A stretch of 64,000 bases of DNA from Octopus vulgaris. Its lineage: Eukaryota. Positions 28,672 through 41,657 of this stretch are shown one piece after another. The stretch spans positions 27,528,001-27,592,000 of the forward strand of contig OX597834.1 in the NCBI GenBank assembly GCA_951406725.2, written 5' to 3'. Position numbers and translations under genes: made by a program. Position 1 is the stretch's first letter. Each line of letters starts with the position of its first letter. The notes beneath the pieces are model-generated. The model made no database searches. It saw only the letters and a program-made list of their open reading frames with translations, and was not told the DNA's origin.

Positions 28672-28876
28672 AATAAGGAAAAGAAGGATGAAAGAATGAA
28701 AGCGAGCACGAAAGAAAGATAAAGCTATACAGTGAAAGGGTACATTCACGACCGGAAGACCTCAATCCGATTATTGTCGCAATATTTATCAGGCCTAACA
28801 ATGCTTAAATCTCCCTTTCTCTCCTTCCTCTTCCTTTTTTCCCTCCTCATCATCTCTCACACACCTCTGTCTTTCA

Positions 28877-28935
<59 letters not shown>

Positions 28936-29287
28936 TTATCTCCCTTTCCGTCTGTCTCTCTTTATCTCTCTCCGTCATCATCTCATAAATATGTACCGGA
29001 ACTTCTCATTGTCCAGGCAATGATGTACCGGAAGTGCTAATAATTTACATAATACACCTTAATTATATCACAAACCAAAGGAAACAGTAAAAACCTTTTC
29101 CATGGAACGACAAAAGTCACGTATTCTCTAGCCAATCCCGAGATCTTTAGCCAACTTACTCTCATGCATTCAATAGTACCCATCCATATTCTATTGTTGT
29201 CCCATATTCTATATGTGCAGTTATCACAACCAGCCGTCACTCGCAAGCAAGCGTGACTTGGGAGCATGTACCATACTTTCACCAAAA

Positions 29288-29890
29288 ACTTAGATAACTT
29301 AGATATGTTTCGACCAAAGATTGGTCCAGGCCATGTCTAACTTAATAGCACCACCTGATAGGATTATTTGAATCCTGTTTAAGTCAAGTTTTGTTAATGG
29401 TCCATTCAAGTAGTGAGTTTTTGTTGGGTGAGTTGTATCCAATTATGGGTGGCTTATCTGGTATTCCTTGAAGGAATCTATCCAGACTCCGTTTAAAGTT
29501 GATGGGATCCTTTTCCTCTTTGATCTCTTTCGGGACAATGTTAAATAGGGCAGGGCCTGTTGAGGAAAAGAAATTATGTTGCAGTGTACATGTATGCTGT
29601 GATCTTGAATTGGGCAGGGGGCGTATGGCCCGTGGTCCCAGTCTTGGATGAACCTTGAAGCTAATGTTCAGGTCGTTTGGGCAAAGTTTGCGGTATATTC
29701 TCCACATCGTACAAATGATGTACCGCTCACGGCGACGCTGGAGAGAGTAGAGTTTCAAGGCTTTAACACGATCCCAATAATCGAGAGCAGCCATGCCTTC
29801 AATTCGTTTAGTGAGTGCCCTCTGGGGTGATTCAATCCTCGAGATGTTTTGTCTTGTATGGGGAGACCACAGTGGGCAGCAGTGTAGTCA
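29288..29890 (-). pseudogene. CR1-group LINE 3' end (ORF2 C-terminus, 3' UTR, short-repeat tail)
   Basis: DYTAAHCG/WSP region then LDYWDRVKALKLYSLQRRRERY...FKRSLDRFL; (TATCTAAGT)2 tail. Confidence 0.88.
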
Positions 29891-29960
29891 TAAGCGGATG
29901 AAAGCATCCACTAGGTTTTCTAACCTTTGACCCAGAAGAACATCAATGACTCGAGACCTT

Positions 29961-30016
<56 letters not shown>

Positions 30017-30378
30017 CACCTGTATCAGGTTGGTACTCGTTATAGGTAAGTAAAAGGACAATGGAAAAATAAAGTGCTTGCTCAACGACACAACCTGTGA
30101 GTTTAAGTCCTGTTCAGAAATTGAACCCGAGAACTTGAAGTCAAGAGACAAAAATACTAAACAACGTACGCAGTCGAGGATTGAATCATACCTGTTACAA
30201 TGAATGGTGCCTCCACATCGTCGTTAGTGACCTGTTAGAAACAGCAGTGAAAGCTGTCCTCAAAACACAGCTTAGCTTTAAGAAAGAAGGATTAATTTGA
30301 CATTGCTTGGTTCCGCTTTCAATCCTTGGCAAGTGCCGTCTATTATGGCCTCGGGCCAACAAACCCTGGTGAGGATTT

Positions 30379-30774
30379 GATGGGATGGATGGAAGCACTC
30401 CGTCGGTTACGACGATGAGGGTTCCGGTTGATCCGAATCAACGGAACAGCCTGCTCGTGAAATTAACGTGTAAGTGGCTGAGCACTCCACAGCCACGTGC
30501 ATCCTTAACGTAGTTCTCGGGGATATTCAGCGTGACACAGAGAGTGACAAGGCTGGCCCCTTGAAAATACAGGTACAACAGAAACAGGAAGTAAGAGTGA
30601 GAGAAAGTTGTGGTGAAAGAGTACAGCAGGGATCACCACCATCCCCTGTCGGAGCCTCGTGGAGCTTTTAGGTGTTTTCGCTCAATAAACACTCACAACG
30701 CCCGGTCTGGGAATCGAAACCGCGATCCTATGACCGCGAGTCCGCTGCCCTAACCACTAGGCCATTGCGCCTCC
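30379..30774 (-). mobile_element. SINE family B inserted into an old family A-like SINE
   Basis: TSD TGAGGATTT at 30370-30378 and 30775-30783. Confidence 0.9.
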
Positions 30775-30865
30775 TGAGGATTTTATAGACGTGTAAAACT
30801 TTATAACTCAAATTAGCAAATGAAACACGTGTAATGAAGAATAAATAATAATGTGTGTATTGCTA

Positions 30866-31149
30866 TATTTCGGGATGGTCAGTTTTTTAAACTCTTTTGT
30901 ACCAAATAAACACACGCATTATATATTTTCCCACGTTTATTACTGTTCTCCTTAGAAGAACAGAATGGAGTGTAAGTGGAGCAAGAACACACAGAAAAAA
31001 CGAAAAGTGTCGCTGAAGAGGTCACAGATGTGTAACGAAAGATTTCCGGACAATGGGCGTAAAATAAATAAAAGCGCCAATAAACGAGTGAAGAAAAGAT
31101 ATGTAGTGCGTGTGTTTATTTGGAAACAAAAAATGACCGTCCCGAAATA
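30866..31149. repeat. Inverted repeat (~55-65 bp arms) enclosing a degenerate hammerhead motif
   Basis: TATTTCGGGATGGTCA...CCAAATAAACACACGCA pairs with TGCGTGTGTTTATTTGG...TGACCGTCCCGAAATA; CTGAAGA at 31013, GAAA at 31037. Confidence 0.6.
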
Positions 31150-31212
31150 CAACATGTTTCAACACACGATTTCACGTTGGGAATCTTGCAACACGAATTG
31201 ATAAACTTGTAT

Positions 31213-31482
31213 CCCCCACCCCTACCCCTGACACCAACACTACCACTGCCATCATTACCACCACTCCTACCACTATCACCAGCCCTACCACTGCTACCAC
31301 CACCTCTACCACTGCCACCATCACCACCACCCATACCACTGCCACCACCACCATTACAACTGCCACCAATGACCCTACCACCACCCATACTACTGCCACC
31401 ACCACCTCTAACACTTCCACCACTACCCCTACCACTGCCACCCACAACCCCTACCACTGCCACCACTACCCCTACCACTGCC
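31213..31482 (+). repeat. (ACC)-rich minisatellite unit duplicated at 33528-33933
   Basis: Shared CCCTACCCCTGACACCAACACTACCACTGCC... and identical ending CCACTGCCGTAT. Confidence 0.85.
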
Positions 31483-31527
<45 letters not shown>

Positions 31528-31630
31528 TAAATGAAAGAATGGAGTCGAACGAAGATGTTAAAATTTCTTTACTCTCGACACTGAAGGAATTTTCCATGCT
31601 GACGATAAACATAGGATAATTCATTCACCT

Positions 31631-31814
<184 letters not shown>

Positions 31815-32186
31815 TTGAAAAAAGATTAGTTATCTACACAAATCAATTTTTTATATAGAAAAAAGATGGAGGGAATTTAATAAAAAGGATTTTAAAAATC
31901 AGATAATTTTAAAAAATCAAATGACAGAAAGAAGATGAAAAAACGTACAATTACCTACATAAATATCTATGTAGTTATAGATATATATTACATTATATAT
32001 GTATGTGTGTATATGTATGTATGTATATACGTATGTATATACGTATGTATCTAAGTTTATAACTATTTGTTTGTACGTGTATATGTAGTTATAAGTGTGT
32101 ACACGCGTGTTCATGTGTAGGTTATATATGTGTATATAAATGTATACACACACACATATATACATACACACAATATATATATGATA

Positions 32187-32301
<115 letters not shown>

Positions 32302-32864
32302 TATACGTGTATATGTATTTATACATCTATACATATAGATGTAAATATTTTCATGTAAATGTTTTTATATGTTTGTGTGTGTATTTGTGTGTGTGTGTGT
32401 GTGTGTGTGTGCTTGCGCGTGTGTTTATCTTCTGCAATATAGCAAAGAATCAGTTCCTCAACTGACGTCTCAACTCTCATGTGTAGACGTAATCACGTTT
32501 CGTGCGAGACTTCTGCCTACGTCATCTTCTCCTCTGCGACCCGTGACACACTTGTCATTCCAGGAACAGGAATCCATAAAAATTTTTAAGACGTTATGAC
32601 GTCACTACCGCTGCTCTGCTCTGCTGTAATGCACTGTTAGTGGTGCAGCGATGAGGCGATGAAATGCTACGCCATGCTATGCAGTTGATGTCATCGCCTC
32701 GTTGAGGCTGTCATTCAGTGTCGATTGTGGGTGGCGGTAGTGGAGCGCCGTGCTGGAGGTGATGATGGTTAAGAAACAGAAGAAATAAAAGAAATGAAAG
32801 GATAGAAAAGAAAAGAAAGAAAAATAATCGTTGACATCGTCGTCGTCGTTGTCATTATTGGCGA

Positions 32865-33933
32865 CTACCACCATCACCACCACCACCACCACCACCACCA
32901 TCATCACTACCAACACCACCATCGCCACTACCATTGCTACTTTCAACACTACAACTTCCACCAACACCATCACTACCACCCCCATCACCACCATCATTAC
33001 TATCAACACCACCATCACCACTACCATTGCTACTTTCAACACTACCACTTCCACCAACACCATCACTACCACCACCACCATCACCACCACCACCACCACC
33101 ACCATCATTACTACCAACACCACCATCGCCACTACCATTACTACTTTCAACACTACCACTTCCACCAACACCATCACTACCACCACCATCAACACCACCA
33201 CCATCACTACCACTACCATCAGCTCCACCACCACAAGCATCAACACCAGCAACACCACCAATCAGACGATTGTCACCACAACCACTACCATCATCACCAC
33301 CACCATCAACACCACGAACATGACCGCCACCATCACTAGCACCAACACATCCGTCAGCACCACCATCAACATCTCCATCACACCACCACCACAGCCACCT
33401 ACACAACCATCCCTACTGCCACCACTATCACCACCACCACCTCCCCTAAGACGGCCGTCACAACCCCTACTACTGCCACCACCATCACCACCCCTATCGC
33501 TGCCACCACCACCCATACCACTGCCACCACCACCCCTACCCCTGACACCAAACACTACCACTGCCATCATTACCACCACTCCTACCACTATCACCAGCGC
33601 TACCACTGCTACCACCACCTCTACCACTGCCACCATCACCACCACCCATACCACTGCCACCACCACCCCTTCCCCTGACACCAACACTACCACTGCCATC
33701 ATTACCACAACTCCTACCACTATCACCAGCCCTACCACTGCTACCACCACCTCTACCACTGCCACCATCACCACCAGCCATACCACTGCCACCACCACCC
33801 CTACAACTGCCACCAATCACCCTACCACCACCCATACTACTGCCACTATCACCACCGCTAACACTTCCACCACTACCCCCTACCACTGCCACCCACTCCC
33901 CCTACCACTGCCACCACTACCCCTACCACTGCC
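32865..33933. repeat. (ACC/ACT)n cryptic minisatellite
   Basis: Direct reading; explains the 382-aa Thr/Pro-rich ORF. Confidence 0.9.
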
Positions 33934-33958
33934 GTATGTGTGTGTGTGTGTGTGTATG

Positions 33959-34449
33959 TTAATAGAGATCATAAAGTGACAAAGGGTACTGACTATAAAC
34001 CGCTTTTGCTAAAGATAAGAGTTAAACTAACTCAAGGCCATAAATGCACTGTCTTAAGTGACTGACAAAGGGAGGTAAATATCCAGCATATATAACCGGA
34101 TCGCGATTTCGGATTTTGATGTTGACCATCTTAAGCCTCATCAACGACTCTTAACACCTAGAGTTAAACCCAACTACCTTTGTCAGTCTTATAAGAAAAA
34201 GCGTTGAAAACTTGTGCTGATTTCCAAAACGATAAAAGTGAAAACTACAAATTAAAAAGATTGGCTTATCAGCAATTAAAACCTAAAGGGAAAATCCGAA
34301 ATCGTGATCCAGCTATGTACACTGGAGACTTATCTCCCTTTGTCAGTCACTTAAGACAGTGCATTTGTGGCTTTGAGTTAGTTTAACTCTTATCTTTAGC
34401 AAAAGCAGTGCTAGTCAGTACCCTCTGTCACTTTTGTAACCTCTATTAA
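33959..34449. mobile_element. Fold-back element with ~160-bp inverted arms
   Basis: 33959-34117 is the imperfect reverse complement of 34291-34449; both ends are TTAA. Confidence 0.85.
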
Positions 34450-34520
34450 TTTTACCTTTGGTTCTAACTGCTAAATCATCCTTCTTCATTTTTTAAACAC
34501 ATATATATATGAAAAAGGGT

Positions 34521-34857
34521 AAAGAACCCCTTCGGTCATGAATGACCATGGGATTGCACCTAGAAAGTTACCCTCCTAGACACAAGTCCGGGCAAGGTTG
34601 TTTATGGAAGACCAGCAGTCGCCCATGCATACCAGCCTCCCCTCTCCATGCCACCAGTGTTATCCAAGGGAAAGACAAAGGCCGATACAGCTTGGCACCT
34701 GTGACGTCGCAACTCATTTCTACAGTTGAGGGAACTGGAGCAACGTGAAATAAAGTGCCTTGCTCAAGAACACAACACGCAGCCCGGTCCGGGATTCGAG
34801 CTCACAACCTCACGATCGTAAGCTCGACGCTCTAACCACTGAGCCATGCGCCTTCAC
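34521..34857 (-). mobile_element. SINE family D (tRNA-Arg-like head)
   Basis: Minus strand GTGAAGGCGCATGGCTCAGTGGTTAGAGCG...TTACGAT...GCTCGAATCCC then GTGTTGTGTTCTTGAGCAAGGCACTTT. Confidence 0.88.
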
Positions 34858-35131
34858 TCTTATATATATATACACACACACACACATAGAGTGGATGAGA
34901 GAGATAGACGAATATATATAAATATATATATATATATATTTAAGTAGATGAATGAATTATCCTAGTATGGATAATTCTGTTAATCGATACCTGGGTAGCA
35001 AATTCACTTCAGTAAAACACGGTTGAAGTTACATGCCAAGTGCTGAACCCCGTGTTCGTGTGTGGAAATTTGTGTGTTTTTTTTATATGAATAAATGAAA
35101 AGTATGGAGTCGAACGAAGATTTTATCAAAA

Positions 35132-35230
35132 TTCCTTTGCTTTCGACATATGTTTCGAAGACTGCATATTCTTAATTCCGAAGGAATGAAGGTTGCATTA
35201 TGCCGTCTTCTCATCAGGAAATACAAGGAA
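35132..35230 (-). ncRNA. Type I hammerhead ribozyme, canonical core
   Basis: TTTC-CTGATGA-GAAGAC.GCATA..TATGC.GTCTTC-GAAA-CATATG-TC-GAAA; GUC triplet; stem I extends TTCCTT/AAGGAA. Confidence 0.85.
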
Positions 35231-35319
35231 CCTCTATCAGCCTCAAGACGAACAAAAGCTTCTTACCGTCTGCCTACATGGTTTCCATATATATATATAT
35301 ATGTACATATATATATATG

Positions 35320-36436
35320 TCAATCGTTTCAAATTACATTTGTTTACTTTCGTATGTCCACTCTACTGTTTCGTTTGCTTGAACCCTAATTCTCCGCAAA
35401 TTTTGCGGGTTTCGCCGATATGTCAAATTCTCAGTTTTTATCGTTAAAGACATGAAACTGTGTATTAGCATCTCGGTCGATAACTGATGAAGAATCAAGG
35501 TCCTTCTGTGTCTTATGTGGCCGTTTTGTAGTATTTCATGCATTTTTCATTTATTGAGTAACTGAAGGCCCCGCATCCCGACTTTTGCTAATAGTAAATT
35601 TTTTATAGATTTTTTGCGATTCTATCTTCTTTCATTCTCTCTCATTCTCATACTCCTTTTCTAGCATCCCAGCTTCTTCTCTCGCGTCTTCTCACTTCCC
35701 CTATTCTTTCTCCCCCTCTCTCATCCTCCTTTCCCCTTCTATTTACTGCCCACACTCTCTGCCTTTCGCCACCGAACGCTTAGCTTGCCGGTCAATATTT
35801 ATCACCACTCTTGCTATTTCTCTTTCTGTATCCATTCAGGATTTCTTCCAGGCGTTACCTATCATTCTCGTCTGTTTGGCCGAAAGCCCCTATTCATTCC
35901 GTCTTCGTAAATCGTTTTAAATTACATTTGTTTACTTTCGCTCATCCACTCAGTATTGTTTTCTTTGCCCGAGTTCTAATTCTCCGGAAATTTTGCAAGT
36001 GCCGCCGATATGCGAAGTTCTTAGTCTTCTAGTTAAAGACATGAAAGGTAGGAGAGTTCAGTTTGCTGGACATTGTTGTAGAGCTGAAAAAGAAGTAATT
36101 TCTACTCTTCTCCTCTGGAAGCCATCTACTCGCAATACCAGAGGGCGCACACTCTCCTACCCTGATGTAATCTCCAGGGATACAGGCATCCAGCAACAGG
36201 ACCTCTGAATTGCCATGATGGACCGTGAAGTCTGGCGTAGCATGGTAAATTCCATTGTCTCGACCACGGTCGAACAATGATGATGAAAGACATGAAACTG
36301 TGTATTAGTATTTCGGTCGATAACTGATGAAGAATTAGGGTTCTTCTGTATCTGTCCTACGTGTAAGTTTTTAAGTGTTCAAAGCATTTTTCAATTATTG
36401 ATAGTAACTCAGTGTCACGCATCGCGACTTTTGTTA
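35320..36436 (+). repeat. Direct duplication of a ~275-bp unit (35320-35595 and 35908-36436)
   Basis: AATCGTTT.AAATTACATTTGTTTACTTTCG...GCATC.CGACTTTTG.TAA in both copies. Confidence 0.85.
36047..36285 (+). mobile_element. 5'-truncated RTE-like LINE with (TGA)n tail and 12-bp TSD
   Basis: RRVQFAGHCCRAEKEVISTLLLWKP...MMDREVWR; TSD AAAGACATGAAA at 36035-36046 and 36286-36297. Confidence 0.92.
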
Positions 36437-36464
36437 ACATATACATATGTATGTATGTATGTAT

Positions 36465-36631
36465 ATATACGACAAGCTTCTTTCAGTTTCCGTCTACCAA
36501 ATTCACTCACAAAGCTTCGGTCCGCCTGAGGCTATACTAGAAGACACATGCCCAATGTGCCACGCAGTGAGAGTGAACCCGGAACCATTTTGTCGGAAAG
36601 CGACTTACTTACCATACAGCCACTTCTGCGC

Positions 36632-36632
<1 letters not shown>
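36465..36632 (-). mobile_element. SINE family A, 5' half
   Basis: Diverged homology to A copies. Confidence 0.8.
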
Positions 36633-36671
<39 letters not shown>

Positions 36672-36739
36672 CAGTGTGTGTGAACACATGTATATATGTA
36701 AATTCATGCATATGTATGTATATATATATATATATATGC

Positions 36740-36914
<175 letters not shown>

Positions 36915-37396
36915 CATAGATGATAGACAGACAGATAGGTAGTCAGAAAGAAAATCGACAGACAGAAAGAACAAAAGAAAGGGAGAGAGACAGACAGAAA
37001 GGATTCTACAGAGAGACTGAATGAAGTCTGATGTGAGTCGGCGGATACGGAGAAGGTTGCCTCTTGCAGTATAGTGAATAATTCAAATGGCAAACACTTG
37101 CGTCAGCGAGCGTCCATAGTGAGGCAGGTCACACGCACCGGAAGTCGTTTTCAGGGCAGCGCCTTGCAACGCTTGCCAATTGCAGGGTTTTGAATTGTAG
37201 AGCATGTTAATAAATGCCGGAACACAGAATGGAAAATCCGCTGCTCCGGTCATTCTCATTATGTGATTTACAATTTTTTTTACAACACGCACACACAGAC
37301 ACACACACAGACACACACACACCCACACACACACATTCACATGCATATAAACACAAACAAACACACACATGCAAACACACAAAGACACACACACAC

Positions 37397-37467
<71 letters not shown>

Positions 37468-37478
37468 CATATATATAT

Positions 37479-37517
<39 letters not shown>

Positions 37518-37550
37518 TATATATATATTTATATATATACATATATATAT

Positions 37551-37583
<33 letters not shown>

Positions 37584-37586
37584 CAT

Positions 37587-37645
<59 letters not shown>

Positions 37646-37965
37646 TATATATATATACACGTATATGTGTGAGTTCGTATGTCTACATTTTTGTATTGGA
37701 TCATTTTTCCTCTCTCTCTCTCTGTGCGCCTGCGTGCGCGTGTGTGTGTATGTGTGTGTGTGTGTGTGTGTGTTTGTGTGTGTGCGTGCGTGCGGATGTA
37801 TGTTTGCGTGTATGTATAAGTTCGTATATAGAAATATATGCTTTCATGACGGAATATACATATACATACATATACACATATATGCATATATAAATCATAT
37901 TTACATATACCTATGTATATATATGTATATATATACGTACATACATGTAAATATGTATATATATG

Positions 37966-37997
<32 letters not shown>

Positions 37998-38502
37998 TAT
38001 ATACATACTTATATATATTCATACCTACACAAACACACACACATATTGTGGTTTTTAAATCTACATTCTTACATCCTTCTGGTGGAGAAGCCACAACGGT
38101 GCTTGTTGTTGTTGTTGTTGTTGTCGTTGTCCATGTCTTTTTTTTTGTTTGTTTGTCGTTGTTGTAGTTGCCGTTGATGATGCAATTATTATTATTTTTT
38201 TTTTTTGTGTTGTCATAAAAATTCTTGTGCTTATTCTGCTGGTCTTTTGTGATGAAGTAATGGCGGCGCTGGTGTTGTAGGTATTGGTGGGGTGGGAGCA
38301 ACCAGGAGACATAGATAGAAGAAAAAGAAAAAAAAATAAAGAAAATGAAGGACGCGAGATTGAGGAAGGAGAGGAATTCGGTATTGTTGGGAGTGAATGG
38401 CTAGCACGAGATTTCTTCTACTAGTTGCATTGTAAAGACCAGAAGAATGTAGTAATTGGAACTTATATACATACTTAACGGTGATATGATTGTGTACGTG
38501 TG

Positions 38503-38575
<73 letters not shown>

Positions 38576-38584
38576 TATATATAC

Positions 38585-38660
<76 letters not shown>

Positions 38661-38895
38661 GTATATATAAATGTGTTTTTGTACGTATAAGTATTATACA
38701 GGTTTTTGCGAGTACAAGTGTATATGTATATGTGTGTGTGCGTATAGGTATTATATATGTTTGTGTGTGTATGTGAATGTATATATAAATATATATAATA
38801 TATATATATATATTATATATGTATATATATATAGGTTTGAATACAAGCACACAATCATATATACACACACATATATATATATAATACATATATAT

Positions 38896-38932
<37 letters not shown>

Positions 38933-39346
38933 GTTTGAATACAAGCACGCAATCATATATACACACACATATATGTATATACTTACGTGCGTATGTATGT
39001 ATATGTATATAAATGTATATATGTGTATATATATTTATATATATATAAATATATATGTATACAAACACTCACTTATATATACACACATATATATGTATAT
39101 ACTTACGTACGTATGTATGTGTATATAAATGTTTGTGTGTGTATGGGTGTGTGTGTGTGTGTGCGTGTGCATGCGTGTGGAAAGATTACACTGCTTACAC
39201 AGGAGGCTTGATTACCGCAGAAGATGCTACAGCTTTCCGTTTGCAATATCAGATATCTGTGTACGTGCGTGTGTCAGTAGGTGTGTATACATACACGCAT
39301 ATATATGAATATATATATATGATTACACACACATATGTACATATAA

Positions 39347-39404
<58 letters not shown>

Positions 39405-39524
39405 GTATATATACGCAAATATATATAAGCTTATTTAAATATGTGTGTTTGTGTGTGTGTATATATATATGCATATATGTATACACATAAATATATCCAT
39501 ACATACAAATATATATATATATCG

Positions 39525-39710
39525 TTAGCTCCTACACGCATTTTTTCACTCCTTGTTTCTCTCTTTGTTTATTTCTGTGTATCTTTCCGTCGAAGAGCGT
39601 AGGCTCGAAACGTAAAAGACTTTTTTTCTATTCCTGAGCGCTATATTAATACATTTGTTTGTTTGTACTCCACCTGTCTTCGTCTTTTGTTTATTTTCGT
39701 AAACTTTCCG

Positions 39711-39712
<2 letters not shown>
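39525..39712 (+). mobile_element. Family G hammerhead-motif repeat
   Basis: TCTTT-CCGTCGA-A-GAGC-gtag-GCTC-GAAA-CGTA-AAAGA at 39582-39619; flanked by (TA)n. Confidence 0.7.
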
Positions 39713-39775
<63 letters not shown>

Positions 39776-39992
39776 ACTTCATCCTATATTGTTAGTAGTA
39801 AACTCAATGCTTGTTACAAGGGGACCGGTAACCATTACAATATGTAGCGGCGATAGGTCAACACGTTGTTCTGAGACTGACGAAGGAATTTTTATTTTTA
39901 GATATAAATGATGTACTTAAATGTAGTTGTGTTTTTAGCTTCTACTTTTTCCATGATCACATGTGAGTATTTTATTTATATTCCCTCGTAAG

Positions 39993-40053
39993 CTCTACTG
40001 AAGAAGAATGTATCCTTTATAGGGATTAATTCCGAAATTGATTCAATATAGAG
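39993..40053 (+). ncRNA. Type I hammerhead ribozyme candidate
   Basis: CTCTA-CTGAAGA-aGAAT..ATCC/GGAT..ATTCc-GAAA-TTG att CAA-TA-TAGAG. Confidence 0.7.
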
Positions 40054-40181
40054 ATAACGAAATTTAAATTTTCTAAAGGTTAGTTGCCCGCTTTCAGTTC
40101 AATTTTCCTGTAACAAGTTGATTATAAGTGGATAAATCAGTGTATTGGCTTTAGAATAACCTTCTTTAGCCCTTAATTATA

Positions 40182-40243
<62 letters not shown>

Positions 40244-40484
40244 ATAAATTCAGGGTGAATACTTGATAATTGTAAGCACCTGTAGGATTCAGCGGTACAT
40301 AAGTTTCGGGCTTTTTTTAGACGGATTGCTAACAATGCATAATGTGTGTCTATGGCGAGTGAGAGACGAGATGGACGCTTCGTTTTTGTGCTGGTGCCCC
40401 ACCCTGTCGTACGCGACTGTGAAGATTTGCACCCCCAACGTAAAACTTATAATGTAATACATGTCCTTGAAGTAGTAATTGTAC

Positions 40485-40562
40485 GCGGCTGAAGAAGGCC
40501 ATAGTCACACATTATGCATTGTTATAAATCCGTCTAATAAAGGCCCGAAACATATGTACCGC
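40485..40562 (+). ncRNA. Minimal type I hammerhead ribozyme candidate
   Basis: GCGG-CTGAAGA-aGGCC...GGCCc-GAAA-CATATG-TA-CCGC; inverted partial copy at 40284-40356. Confidence 0.75.
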
Positions 40563-40595
40563 TGAATCCTTGGCATCTTTTTTTATTTTGATTAA

Positions 40596-40650
<55 letters not shown>

Positions 40651-40687
40651 ATGTATGTATGTATGTATGTATGTATATATGAGAATA

Positions 40688-40970
40688 ATGAAGGTATAAG
40701 GCTTTGCAGTTAGGGCATTCAGTTGACGTTGAGTCCTTGAGCAAGACACTTTATTTCACATTGCGCCACTCCACTCAGCTGGCAAAAATGTGTAGTACCT
40801 GTATTTCCAAGGGCCAACTTGGTCACATTCTGTGCCACGCTGATTCTCTCTGAGAACTACGTTAATGACACACGTGTTTGTGGCGTGCTCTGCACCTTAC
40901 ACGTAAGTTTCACGAGCATGGTGTTCCGTTGATCGGATGACCACCTGGAATCCTGGTCGTCATAATCGTA
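40688..40970 (+). mobile_element. Old SINE with D-type centre and B-type 3' half
   Basis: CTTGAGCAAGACACTTTATTTCAC (D) joined to GTACCTGTATTT...GAGAACTACGTTAA...GTTCCGTTGATCG (B). Confidence 0.7.
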
Positions 40971-41079
40971 ATATAAAATTAATATAACTTTAGGATGGAC
41001 AAAATTAGGCTTTAATGATATATACCGCAACATTTATTTCTGCACCTCACATCAGCTTTAAGTTGCTGTATTTATACTT

Positions 41080-41206
41080 AGTTCCGGGTTCAGTCCCACT
41101 GCGTGGCATCTTGGGCAAGTGTCTTCTACTATAGCCTCGAGCCGACCAAAGCCTTGTGAGTGGATTTGGTAGACGGAAACTAAAAGAAGCCCGTCGTATA
41201 TATGTA

Positions 41207-41295
<89 letters not shown>

Positions 41296-41540
41296 TGTAT
41301 GTGTGTGTGTGTTTGTGTGTCTGTGTTTGTCCCCCTCAACATCGCTTGACAACCGATGGTGGTGTGTTTACGTTCTCGTAACCTAGCGGTTCGGCAAAAG
41401 AGACCGATAGAATAAGTACTAGGCTTACAAAGAATAAATCCTGGGGTCAAGTTGCTCGACTTAAAGGCGTTGCTCCAGCATGGCCGCAGTCAAATGACTG
41501 AAACAAGTATAAGAGTAAAAGAGTAAGAGTAAAGAGTAAA
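41080..41540 (+). mobile_element. SINE family A, 5'-truncated
   Basis: Homology to other A copies; (AAGAGTA)n tail. Confidence 0.9.
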
Positions 41541-41657
41541 GTGGACCTGGATGGGATTTGAAGTCAAATCGTCGTAAAGAACCGGTTGGGAATGGAAACC
41601 GCGATCCTCCGACGCCAGTTCAGCAATACAACAAGAATTGAATATTGATAGTCAAAT

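Noticed and set aside
29037-29285. 82-aa non-repetitive ORF
   Set aside because: No recognisable homology and a non-ATG start next to a LINE tail
32831-33979. Mucin-like Thr/Pro-rich 382-aa ORF
   Set aside because: (ACC)n-derived, open on both strands, partly duplicated at 31213, with no credible start or splice context
35484-35510. CTGATGA motifs here, at about 36324 and at about 7759
   Set aside because: No GAAA after the stem, so not called as ribozymes
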